Source: Takakia lepidozioides
Taxonomy: Eukaryota > Plantae > Bryophyta
Direction: 5' to 3'
Assembly (NCBI GenBank): GCA_030704615.1
Contig: CM060731.1
Coordinates: 50,964,001 to 51,028,000, forward strand
DNA length: 64,000 bases
This document shows, piece after piece, positions 12,924 through 24,044 of this stretch. Position numbers and translations under genes: made by a program. The first letter of the stretch is position 1. Each line of letters starts with the position of its first letter. Below the pieces are notes generated by a model. It worked only from the letters and a program-made list of their open reading frames with translations, made no database searches and was not told where the DNA came from.

Positions 12924-14930
12924 ATGGCAGGTTGGAAACAGGCGCAGTTTTCAGCAGCAGCCACGTGCACCATCACCACCGGTTTTGACAGAGGACCAAG
13001 GGAGCGAGTCAACGAGAGTTCTTGTGCCACTTGTGGAGATGTGAGGACCCTATGTAAGGCAGGACAACTGAAAAAGGCACTGCACATGTTGAATCAAGGA
13101 GGCATTGTGGCAGACTCCAATACTTATGTCTGTCTCATGCTGGAGTGCATCAAAATCAAAGACCTGGCAGCAGGAGAACAGGTACACTCTCACATTATCC
13201 AAAGTGGATTCAAGCCAAACATTTTGCTACTGAACACTCTTGTCAGGATGTATACCAAGTGCGGGAGTGTGGTGAATGCACGTAAAGTGTTTGACAACAT
13301 GCCTCAACGAGATATATGTACATGGACTATAATGATGGCAGGATATGCCAAGCATGGACAAGCTGAGGAGGCTTTCAAAATATATGAGCAGATGCCAGGG
13401 GAAGGGGTGACCCCCGACAGGGTCACTTTCATTTGTGTTCTCAATGCGTGTGCCAGCATGGGAGCCACGGAAAAAGGCAAACGGGTGCATGCTGACATTG
13501 TCAAAGCTGGAATTGCTCCAGATGTTATTCTGGAGACTGCCCTCACTAACATGTATGCCAAATGCGGGAGCATGGAGGATGCACGTAAAGTGTTTGAAAA
13601 TATGACTAAACAGGATGTGGTCTCATGGAGTGCAATGATCGCAGGATATACCCAGCATGGGTGTGGTAGGGAGGCTTTTGAGGTCTATTTGCAAATGATG
13701 CGGGAAGGGGTGACACCCAACAAGGTCACATTCATTTGCATCCTCAAGGCATGCGCCAGCCTAGGAGCCCTGGATAAGGGCAAAGAGGTGCATGCAGACA
13801 TCATCAAAGCAAGAATTGCCCGAGATATCATTCTGGAGACTGCCCTTGCTGACATGTATGCCAAGTGTGGAAGCATGCACGATGCACGTCGAGTGTTTGA
13901 CAGTATGACTAAGCGAAATGTGGTGACATGGAGTGCAATGATTGCAGGATATGCTCAGCATGGGTGTGTGAGAGAGGCTTTTAAGATCTACGAGCAGATG
14001 CAACACGAAGGGGTAGTACCGGACAGGGTCACATTCATTTGCGTTCTGAATGCATGTGCCAGCAAAGGAGACCTGGAAAGGGGAAAGGAGATCCATGATG
14101 ACATCATCAAAGTTGGAATTGCATCATACATAAATTTGGAAAACGCCCTTGTCAACATGTATGCTAAGTGTGGGAGTATGAAGGATGCATGGCGAGTGTT
14201 CAACAGTATGTCTAAACGGGATGTGGTGTCGTGGAATGCCCTCATTGCAGGGTATGCTCACCATGGGTGTGGTAAGGAGGCTTTTGAGATCTATAACCAA
14301 ATGCAACAGGAAGGGGTGACACCCGACAGTGTCACTTTCACTTGTGTTCTCAATGCATGTGCCAGTGTAGGAGCGCTGGAAAAGGGTAAAGAGGTTCATG
14401 TTGACATCATCAAAGCTGGAACTGCAACATACATTAATTTGGAGACTGCCCTCGTGGACATGTACACCAAATGCGGGAGTATGAAGGATGCACATCAAGT
14501 GTTCGACGATATGGCTCAACGAGATGGCATCTCCTGGAGTGCCATGATTGCAGGATGTTCCCAGCATGGGTGTGGTAGAGAGGCTCTCCAACTTTTTGAA
14601 CAAATGCAACAGGGAGGCTTGGAGCCGGATGCTCTCACCTTCACCTCTCTTCTCTCCGCGTGTAGCCATGCAGGCCTAGTGGATGAAGGCCGCCACTACT
14701 TTGATTCTATGACTCAAGATTATGGGGTCACTCCTACAGTGGAGCATTTTGGCTGCATGGTGGACCTTCTTGGCCGTGCAGGGGGATTGGATGAGGCAGA
14801 GGCCCTCATTAACAAAATGCCAATCAAACCAGGCGCTTCAGTGTGGCGGGCCTTTCTTGGCGCATGCAGAATACATGGTGAGGTGGAGCTAGCAGAACGT
14901 GCAGCAAAATGCTTAAAGGTGATGCACTGA
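12924..14930 (+). CDS. PLS-class pentatricopeptide repeat protein (RNA-editing-factor type), stopping at the end of the E1 motif
   Basis: The 691-aa ORF starts at 12855; the likely ATG is 12924, just after a TGCAG acceptor and matching the paralog start. It has repeated P-L-S triplets, then P2-L2-S2 (VEHFGCMVDLLGRAG) and E1 (VWRAFLGACRIHG). Confidence 0.9.
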   Translation: MAGWKQAQFSAAATCTITTGFDRGPRERVNESSCATCGDVRTLCKAGQLKKALHMLNQGGIVADSNTYVCLMLECIKIKDLAAGEQVHSHIIQSGFKPNILLLNTLVRMYTKCGSVVNARKVFDNMPQRDICTWTIMMAGYAKHGQAEEAFKIYEQMPGEGVTPDRVTFICVLNACASMGATEKGKRVHADIVKAGIAPDVILETALTNMYAKCGSMEDARKVFENMTKQDVVSWSAMIAGYTQHGCGREAFEVYLQMMREGVTPNKVTFICILKACASLGALDKGKEVHADIIKARIARDIILETALADMYAKCGSMHDARRVFDSMTKRNVVTWSAMIAGYAQHGCVREAFKIYEQMQHEGVVPDRVTFICVLNACASKGDLERGKEIHDDIIKVGIASYINLENALVNMYAKCGSMKDAWRVFNSMSKRDVVSWNALIAGYAHHGCGKEAFEIYNQMQQEGVTPDSVTFTCVLNACASVGALEKGKEVHVDIIKAGTATYINLETALVDMYTKCGSMKDAHQVFDDMAQRDGISWSAMIAGCSQHGCGREALQLFEQMQQGGLEPDALTFTSLLSACSHAGLVDEGRHYFDSMTQDYGVTPTVEHFGCMVDLLGRAGGLDEAEALINKMPIKPGASVWRAFLGACRIHGEVELAERAAKCLKVMH

Positions 14931-15399
14931 ATGCTGCAACCTATGATCTGCTATCAAACATCTATGCTGCTGATGGCAGGTGGGAGGATAAAGCAATAGA
15001 GGTGCCAGAAAGGAGCGAGGGCGCAGCTGCATCGAGGCCAACACCCTGATGCATACGTTTTTGCAAATTGCATCCTCAAATTGAGGAAATCCATGCTATG
15101 TGGCACAGGTTGTCTGGCCAGATGAGGGTGGCTGGGTATGTGCTGACATGCACCTTGCATTGCATGATGTGGAGGAGGAGAAAAAGGAACTTCCCTTTTC
15201 CAGTGAAAAGCTGGCCAATGCTTTTGGCCTGATCAGCACACCACCTGGGATGCCTATTTGCATCATAAAAAATCTTCAGGTGTGTCCACATTGCCACCAA
15301 ATTCATCTCAAAGATTGTTCGGCAAGCAGTTGTTGTACGGGACGCCAACCGTTTTCACCACTTTCAAAGTAGGGTTGATATTGTTGGGACCACTGGTAA
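14931..15399 (+). pseudogene. Decayed E2/DYW cytidine deaminase tail of the PPR gene
   Basis: Across several frames: ATYDLLSNIYAADGRW, PG-box remnant (GRSCIE), LHDVEEEKKE..SSEKLANAFGLISTPPGMPICIIKNLQVCPHCH, RDANRFHHF and terminal CWDHW*. HSE has become SSE and there are frameshifts. Confidence 0.85.
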
Positions 15400-16143
15400 A
15401 ACAAACAACTTGCGAAAAAAGTGAAAACTAAGGAACAAGTTTCACAAGGGGCCCTGAAAAGAAAGTGGTTTGCTCCAAGGTGGAAAAGGTGATATTTCTC
15501 ATTTGTAGTTGTAAGCAATGGTCAATTCTAGCGTGATTGTCCAACAGCAGCAATGAAGTCAAAACACCTGTTGCAATTGACATGTTGCAAGGAACAGTAG
15601 GCAGAAAGAAGATACTGTAGTTGTTATTCTTGACTGAAGACAACAAGTGTGGCACAAAAACAATTGAGATTTACTCTTAGTGTTTCATATGCAGCATGGG
15701 GCCGGTAGGAGCAAACAGAAACACGCATAAAAAAAAGGGCGTTCTGGTCAGTATTATTAGCTCATGCCCTAACTGCAAGAACATGGACAAGTCACAATGC
15801 GTATGATAATGCTAAACCTCCCTTGGGGAGAGAGATGATTGTAAGACTCATTAACTCCCTCGTAAAGAACTGGGGCTGATTTCTCTTCGTTAATATCGCT
15901 TCGTTATACAGCGTAATAGCCAGCCACGAGTATGAGGGCAATATGACAAAGTATAATGCCGAGTGCCGATTACACTTTGTGTCATGCACATCTTTTTTCC
16001 AAGATCTTTTGCTTCACTTGTCCCATTCTTTTTTATCATCAACAGAAACGATGAAAGGTGTCGTGCACCTAAGCATCGTGCCACAACATACATCGTTGTC
16101 ACCATACATTCTAAGCACACAATCCTAGAAAGCTATGCCACAA

Positions 16144-16425
16144 TGATAATGAAAATGAACACAATGGAAACACTCCATTCTTGAATCCACTCAATCACAT
16201 AAACTAAGTCAAGCCAAGGGCACCCTTGCTAAAGGAATCCACCCTACAAAGCCCTCAACACACTCCCTCTTAATACCTAGAGCTATGGAGGTGAGAAAGG
16301 TTCATGGAGGCTCGACTACAAGAAGATGAGCCCTCCTCAACGTTCACAAGGGGAAAACCCATCCCCATGTCTCAAGTGAGGTTTGACACCTCACTTGGCA
16401 TGTGAGACCAAATGAAGTCCCAACA
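16144..16425 (-). repeat. 3' LTR
   Basis: 282 bp; 13 substitutions versus the 5' LTR by manual alignment, no indels. Contains the hairpin CAAGTGAGGT-TTGAC-ACCTCACTTG. Confidence 0.92.
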
Positions 16426-16953
16426 CAGCTTAGCTGGACTTAGTGGGGGTAGCATAGGACTCACCATGGGGTGGAGACCTCGAGGTGGGAGTCGTGGGGA
16501 GTCTTGGGACTCATCACGGTCCATTGGGGCCGCGGTGAGTGGGCCAAGACTCACCGCGACTCACCACCGGGAATCGAGGGTCTCCGTGGTGGTTCGCCAT
16601 AAAATGGCATGGCTGGTTGTGAAACCCCCGCGGACAGCTACAGAAGTATATATAGGGAGTAGTAACCCCAAGAACGGTGCAAGCCTGTTGGTGACCAAAA
16701 ACTAGTGAGTAAGCGAGCGAGCCGGAAAGCGACCAAAGAGTGGGGAGCTGTTCCGGACTGCCAACTACCAAAGGGAATTCCACTAGGCCCAAATAGGTGG
16801 AGGGTCTTTCGGGAGAGCGAAGGGGGGACCGTTATGTCCCGGTGAGCAGCCGAAGCTCCAAGTTGGCCCGGCGGCCGGTTGGGAGTCAGGCGCGCGCATC
16901 AAAGCGAGTAACTATGACTTGAGGGGGAGCTTACCGAAGTGAGGTGCGTGACA

Positions 16954-17160
16954 TGGCATTACCGTTGCTGAGGCATACTCCCCGCCTGACAACTCCATCA
17001 ATCCAGCTTCGAACAACTCCATAGTTCGTGACTGGATCAATGACCTTTCCATGTCACTATACCGGTGGGGCCTTCGAAAGATTGGCGTGTCACTTGCCAA
17101 ATCAATACGAATCTCCTGACCCTTCAAACTCCCCAAATCCTTCAAACTGAAGGCAAAGCA
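16954..17160 (-). pseudogene. N-terminal part of a Ty3/Gypsy reverse transcriptase, abruptly truncated
   Basis: CFAFSLKDLGSLKGQEIRIDLASDTPIFRRPHRYSDMERSLIQSRTMELFEAGLMELSGGEYASATVMP matches the Gypsy RT opening pattern (PI..RPYR....E...I......L..G.I..S.SPYASP). No YxDD, RNase H or integrase follows. Confidence 0.8.
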
Positions 17161-17669
17161 ATTTCTATAAAGCCCTTAGAAATCGCTGGATCCTCCGTCT
17201 CTTTCCTCCGGTGACTGTAGGTCCAACATCTGGTTCCCAATTGTCCTCAGTGACTGCAACCTTGGGTACACCAGGTAGGAAACAAATCTTTTGGTTGCTA
17301 GATAGCAACCTCTTGGGCCTTGTCCGCCCAATCTGACTGTGGCGTAGCCTCCACTTGCTCCGCCATAGCCACCTTGAGAACATCCTCTGAGCAAGAAACA
17401 TTCTCAACCTTTTCAAAAACATTGGCAACCTTTTCAAAAACATTGGCCACCTTTGCCTCTAATTGATCCTCAGTGTATGGCTCTCCCCACTCCTCACATT
17501 ACTGCTTTGAGAGATCCAATGACCCTCTCTTTGCGCATCTCATCCCACATCTGTCATGGGTGTTTGCACCCCATGATCATGTGCTCGCCCTCCACTCACT
17601 GCCTTCACCGTCCCGGTTGGCAGAGATGGTGCAATATCCAATGGAAGTGCAGAAGTAGCCACCAATGCT

Positions 17670-18650
17670 TGCAATCTCCGTTGCTCAGCCATGCACAAGC
17701 CAATGACCCATATCAAGCAATTGAGATCCATTGCCTGACCCAACACCTGGCGTCGTGACGCCTCTGACAGAGTTGGCACAGCTGTAGTGCCCGTGGCAAA
17801 TCCCATTGCCTGCTCTCGCTCATCCGCATTGGGCTCCACTAATTGTTGTAGCACACTGTCCCAAATCAACCCAGGACCATTGTCTCTAAAAGCATGAGAC
17901 GAGGGAAAGCTCATGAGCGTAGGCAAGGCTGCACGTGGCTGCCCCACTCGATTTACCAGTGCTAGAGGTGGACGGTCATCATGTCGCACCCTCTGTGGTT
18001 GCCTCCCTTGGTCAAAAATGCCCTCAACCATGAGATTGGGTGGCCGTTGAGTGGAATCATATGCTCTCTTGAGCAGCTCTGGTGGTGCAAGATTGGTCCA
18101 CCACAATCGAGGTCGATGCGCGCGTGATCCCACCGCTGCTGCATCCAATAGCACCGCCGATCCAATCCAAGATCGCATCTGATGCACACTGGCCATTACC
18201 CTGGCCCGAGAATCCTCCATAAGAGAGGAACATTCTCCAAGATATAGCCTAGAGGTTGCACTTGCCTCGTCTGCAAGTCCCGTAACACTCGCAACATCTC
18301 CCAAAACAAATGCAATCGTGCATCATGCAAGCCATTCCCATGACCTGCGGGAGAGTGTCCTTGGCAAGGCCATCCAGCTATCACCAAGTCAATGGCATCA
18401 TGCCGGTCCAAATCATCCGCCCCCAGCAAGGTAATGTCTGCTGGCAAGGCTTTTTGATACCCTTGAATTGCTGATAGAGGCAACAACTCAGGATACCGGT
18501 GTGTGAGCAAGACGATGAGGCGCATAGAAATACGCCGAGCTATCTCATCCTTCTCCACATATAAATACTTGCGTACTTTAATCCCTGTTTGCAACACTCC
18601 TACAAGCCCAGTGCTCATGCCTCCAAACAGGTCTAGCAAACAAATCCTTG
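17670..18650 (-). pseudogene. DNMT3-like DNA (cytosine-5) methyltransferase domain inside pol, with one frameshift near 18200-18230
   Basis: Motif I LDLFGGMSTG, motif II YVEKD, motif IV IAGWPCQ, motif VI ILENV. In the next frame: motif VIII AHRPRLWWTNL, motif IX EREQAMGF, motif X RRQVLGQAMD. Canonical order. Confidence 0.93.
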
Positions 18651-19049
18651 AGTCAGGTGGTTGCCATGTAATGGGCGTTGTATCCAAAGGAGCTAACTGA
18701 GGAGGTCTATGTGATGTCACTGAACTCCCCTCACTCACCAATGGATAGGCCTCCTGCCATGCTTGGTGCACACACTCGCCTGCTATTCGATGCAAATTCC
18801 CAACTCTACCCCACAGTGGAATATGAACAGGTACATGAGGAAGCAAATCAGCCTTGTATGCCAATTGTTTGTCATCATCAGGTGGTGGCCTATCATCTGC
18901 ATGGCTATTGCCCTCTAAGAGCTCACCACCCCAAGCCACCACCCCTGATAATGCAGCCAATGTGGGCATCATATTTCTATGATTCACCGCTACATTCCCA
19001 ATAAACCGCACTGGGAGCAGTGCACGTCGACCATCCCCTGACTGCCATT

Positions 19050-19450
19050 CCGGCCTATAGGATGTCGTTTCCTCCCAAAAGTCCAAAGTAAAGCCCATCG
19101 GGTATAACACAGCCCTACCAACAAGCACATCATAAGACATCGCGTCCGTAACAATGGCTTTAGCTCTTTATGACAGAGCCATCTGTAGGATGATCTGGCT
19201 GCAATCGAATGAAGAGCTCATGGCGTGTAATCCCTCGTGCCTTCTCTGAACCACCTAAAGATGTTTGAATTTGGAAATGGCAAGGCTCCAAATCCGCCTC
19301 TGTAAGGCCCCAGCCTGCAATTGCTGCTCTCCCCAACATCAATGGCTGTGCTCCCGAGTCCAACAATACCTGCAGTGGCCTATACCTCCCCCCGGTTGGG
19401 CTACCCAACTGAAACACACCATCCTGATTGTCCACCAAGACTACCCCAGG
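19050..19450 (-). pseudogene. Retroviral-type aspartic protease
   Basis: VLLDSGAQPLMLG active-site motif; the downstream YDVLVGR(AVL) motif follows an in-frame stop at 19160. Confidence 0.85.
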
Positions 19451-19811
19451 AGTCACCATACTACGCTCAATGGCTGGTCTAGCTGGCAACTTTTGCAACC
19501 TTGCAGCTGCCGCTTGCCATGGCGCAGCTGTAGCTGTCTTCACCCTTGAATCCAGGGCATCCATGCACTGCACCTGATCCGCTATCCCCACAGATAGTGC
19601 CGATGCATCACCACTCTCACAGAGTGCAGCTGCTAGTCTAAACACTGCAGCTGGCCGCATCCCCGGCATTGCAATTGTCGTGGCAGAAAAACAATGGAGC
19701 TTGGCAAATTGTCGTAGCCGCCCCCAACAATGTACTGGCTGCACCTTGTTTTGCAGTACCACCCACTGGCATTTCCCGAGCCATACCAACTCTCCACAGT
19801 GGCACTCGTGG

Positions 19812-21552
19812 CTATACCTCTGACACACTTGGGCGAGCGGGTGCCATCGATGGCATAGTTGGCACTGTCTCAGCCAATGTGAAAGACTGTGGAAGCCTTG
19901 TCTGCCGACTTGTTTCCCCTCTTTGTGGATCAAAATCCACATCCGCTCCTCTTGGCTCAGGAGCACGCGATGTTGCTCGAGTGACAGCAGCTGCAGAGTC
20001 CACATGCAATGGTCCTGCAACTGCGGCTCCATACATGAAGCCCATACCAATCTGGTCTTCCCTAGGCATATGAGGTTGTGCAGGTGGGGCTTGAACCTCA
20101 GGCCTTGGAGCTGGCGCAACATGAGTAGTAGCCATGGTAGCAAGACGTTGCTCTAGCTGGGCAAGCCTATTCACCATGTTTTGGTCATGACCTTGACCGT
20201 GACCCTGTGCTCATTGGTTTCGGTTACGACCTCCACCACGACCTCTACCTCCTCTACCTCTCTGGACTACATTGCCTCGTCCTCGGCCACCATTGTTCCC
20301 TTGGAACTGGCCTGGCCGTAGCTCAGGATGCAAGTCATAACAATGGGCCTCTTCATGCCCATACTTGCCACAATGCCCACACTGTAGTTGTGTAGGCTAT
20401 GCCTGTGCCGGCCCTTTGCCTCTCTCCGGGCAATCTCTCTTAACATGGGGTCCTCCACAATCCCAACATGTCACACCCGACTGTTGTTGGCCTGAGAATG
20501 AAGGAAGTGACCTCTGCAATTGAGATCCTCTCGGCCCTTCCCTGGGCTTCGCCTGAGCCCCCTTGTTGCCTTGAGCATGTTGGGGTAGTGGTTGTTGTTG
20601 ACTAGGAGCCCCACTTCGTTGTGTCTCCTTACCAAACCCCACCATGACCACTCGCTCCTCCACCATATTGAGCTCTATCCGCTCTGCCAGCGAAAACACG
20701 TTTGCTAAGGTGGGTTGGGTTATTTGTATGAGAGTTGCATCCCGCACCCTTCTCCTCAGCTCCTTGTCCAATATCCCATACCAGAATTGGACTGCCTGAG
20801 CTTCTATAACCCCTTGGGTTACGTTTATCAAGCACCTCATGCGAGTCCCTCAAACTCTGAGTAGACCTTCGTTGGAACTCCTGCAAGCTCCGCAACTTCG
20901 CTGTCCTTATCCCTTGGTAGTTTTTCCTCAACTCCTCGAAGAACTCCACAACTGGGTTAAAGGCAGGCACGGGTGTTGGTACTGCAGCAGGAGCTTGGGT
21001 GGACTTCCCAGCTCCTGTTCCACTTGACGTCCCACTGCTGCTTACAGAAGCTGCCGGTGTAGCTGCCGGTGTCACCATTGCCCTTGTGCCTCTAGTGATG
21101 GAGACATAGTCAGATGACCAATACACCCGCCATTCCTCAATCTCCACCTCATGTCCCCGCCTAAACTCATGGTAGTCATCCATGGGCGGCACCTCAAGGT
21201 GCTAAAACAGCCCCTTCCACGCCATAAAAGGCGTAAACAGTTGTGAATTGCGCATCTGCTGCAAATCACACCAACTATCAAACTCTTGTATGAAGTCATC
21301 AAGCTCGATGGTGCCCACAGCTCCAGAGTACCTACGTGGCCCCTTGGTAGCTCCATACATCTCCTCCATCGTGTCCCACAACAATGGCACGGAAATGGCT
21401 TGCACCCTCGGCAAGAATCCTCCTAAGTTTGAGTCTGAACCTTCCTCAGAAAACACTGAAGGTGAAGGTGGCCTAAATCGCATACCTCGTCTTGTATACC
21501 CACTAGTATCGCTGGTACTCATACCGGCACTCTCCTCAGCAACTGGTGGCAC
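19812..21552 (-). pseudogene. gag polyprotein (frameshifted) with two CCHC zinc knuckles
   Basis: RYSG...LDDFIQEFDSWCD capsid-like segment, FQRRSTQSLRD, CWDCGGPHVKRDC (~20430-20470) and CGHCGKYGHEEAHC (~20342-20383). Confidence 0.8.
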
Positions 21553-22257
21553 CTCCGTGATGAAAACTCACAACCACACTTGTTGTAAACCTGTCTCTAA
21601 TCCCCCTTTCCACAAGGTAACCGGGTAGAGAACCTATTGCGGCTTATAGCTTAGACTACTAGGTTCGTAACATAAACCTGCACCTGCATCCACCGCAAGC
21701 ACTCCTATGGTCTGCTGGTCATCAACCCAGCCTCGCCATAAAAGAAACAATGATGGTCTGACTGGTCATCACCCCAGCCTCACCACCGACAGCACGCTCT
21801 AGGATTGGCCGGTGATCAAATCCGGACCTACCTCCTATGAAAACAAGCGCCCACACAAAGCTAACATGGCACACAGTCAAGCATGCAGGTGTGGAGGAGA
21901 TCCAAACACAAGAAAATCAATACAGCAACTCCCCCACACCAAAAACACTCCACAATGTCGCTTCTGCAATGACACCCCAGCCCAAAACCCGGGCAGACTC
22001 TTGCCTCCACCTACGGGAAGGTTTTGGCCTACAGAGAGGGTGGAAGACTACAAGGAAGAGAGACTAAAGTAATTCCTATCACAACATGCTCTCATCCCAC
22101 TACCCTATCTCCACACTCTCTTGCTTGAACAATAGACAAGACTACCTTTCAAGGGTCTCTCAAATAACTCTCCAGGAGCCCTCAAGAATAGGTCTCTCAA
22201 ACAATCTCACTAAGGCTCCCAATCCTTGCACGATGGGACTCCAAAACTTAGCCCTCG

Positions 22258-22590
22258 AGGACCCCAAATAGTCCTCCAAAGAACTCCAAATGGTCCTCCA
22301 AATGGTCCTCCAAGGACCCCAAACAGTCCTCCAATGACTCCCAATGGTCCTCCAAACAGTCCTCCAAGGACTCCCAATGGTCCTCCAAATCGTCCTTTAA
22401 GGACCCCCAACAGTCCTCCAAGGACTCCCAATGGTCCTCCAAATGGTCCTTTAAGAACCCCCAACAGTCCTCTAAGGACTCCCAATGGTCCTCCAAACAG
22501 TCCTCCAAATGGTCTTCTAAGGACCCCCAACAGTCCTCCAAGGACTCCCTATGGTCCTCCAAGGACCCCAAACAGTCCTCCAAGGACTCT
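22258..22590. repeat. Minisatellite in the long 5' leader of the retrotransposon
   Basis: Interleaved 12- and 21-bp units (GGTCCTCCAAAT, AGGACCCCAAACAGTCCTCCA, AGGACTCCCAATGGTCCTCCA). Confidence 0.9.
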
Positions 22591-24044
22591 TCCTATATCA
22601 CCATGTTCCCAATGCGTTCCCAATATGTTCCCAAGTTCCCAATGGATTCCCAATGGGTTCCCAAAATTCCCTAGGAATATTCCTGAGAATATGCCATAGT
22701 ATTCCCCCAGTATTCCCCTTAGGAATAGCCATTTCCCCCTCATAGAGTAGTTCATTTCCCCCCAAGGTTTAGCCATTTCCCCCTAGGCTATAGCCACTTC
22801 CCCCTCTATTTCCTTGAGGTTTAGCCTTACCAAGCTAGGGTTTGTGCTCCTTGGGGCTCTATGCTTAATCCCCTTAAGCATCCATGAATTCTATGGGGTA
22901 CCAAGGCAAATTCCCTTGATCTTCTTCACCTTAAGCTACTCAAGTTTGTCTCCAACTCAACTAGCAATGCATTGGCCACACAACAAGCTCAATTTCTCAT
23001 TGGAACTCCAAATCAAGCTTGTACCTCCTTTGGCAAGCCACCAAGCCTTGGTCATTCAAGCTCCGTTCACTTGCTAGCTCAAGAGCCACTCCTCTCAAGC
23101 TTACTCAAGCCCAAAGCATGCTCCACACATGCATCACTTCATACACAAGGGAATCAACCTGCTCCCTTCACATTCTAGCTCTCCTCAAGCTTGAAGTTGG
23201 AAGCCGCACTTGGGAAGCATGCTCCACATAAGCATCACTTGCTTGATCAACCATCCACCACAAAACTTAAGCCAAAAGGGAATGAATACATGAGCTTCAC
23301 CTTCCCCTTCATTGTCTTGTCACATGCTAATGTATGGTTGAAGTTGCTATGCATGCCTTGAGCCATAATTTTTTTTTTTCATGAAGACCACCTCCAATGA
23401 CCTCTTACATGTGCTCCAAGCTCTTCAATGCTCTAGGCTTGGTTTCACATCATCATGGATAGAATTTTCATCCATATGCTTCCCTTCAAACCTCTTGAGC
23501 TTCCTAATGCTCTCCAAGTGCTTGCCCTTGTTGTCTTCAAGCCCAAGCCTATGTAGCTCCTTGGCTTCTCTTCCACAACATCCACAATTGAGCTTGCTTA
23601 ACCTTAGATTGATAGTGAAATGAGCACTAACAATCCTTTGGTTGCTCTCCTCAAGCCATGGCACATACCATTGACTCCATAATGCATAGAAATGATTCTC
23701 AAACCCTAGAATCTATGCTTCCACACACACAAGACTTCCCTCTTGCAATCCTTGCAAATCTTGTGGCAAACAAGCTCTTTCTTTGAGCTCTCCAATACCT
23801 TGGTGTAATACCACAAGTACCTTTCCTTGCAAAGACTTGTGATCTACAAGAGCTCCATCTTTGAGCTCTCCACCTCCTTAGGGCAAAGCAGTATCTCTCA
23901 AAGCCCTAACACCACAAGGATTTTCTTTTGCAATATATGCAACACCTTGCAACACAAGAGCTATCTTCCCAAGCTCTTCAACACACAAGTGCTAAACTAA
24001 CCCTTACACTCCGCATTCACAAGCATAAGGGCATCTTCTTGTAG

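Noticed and set aside
13227-14669. Several antisense ORFs over the PPR gene
   Set aside because: Shadow ORFs of the repetitive PPR coding strand.
17670-18650. Bacterial restriction-modification methylase or contamination
   Set aside because: Embedded collinearly between protease and RT within LTRs, flanked by intron-containing plant genes, with no restriction enzyme nearby.
22226-22699. 157-aa proline-rich ORF (PNGPPNSPPRT repeats), extensin-like
   Set aside because: By-product of the 12/21-bp minisatellite; open in several frames on both strands, no signal peptide, inside a retrotransposon leader.
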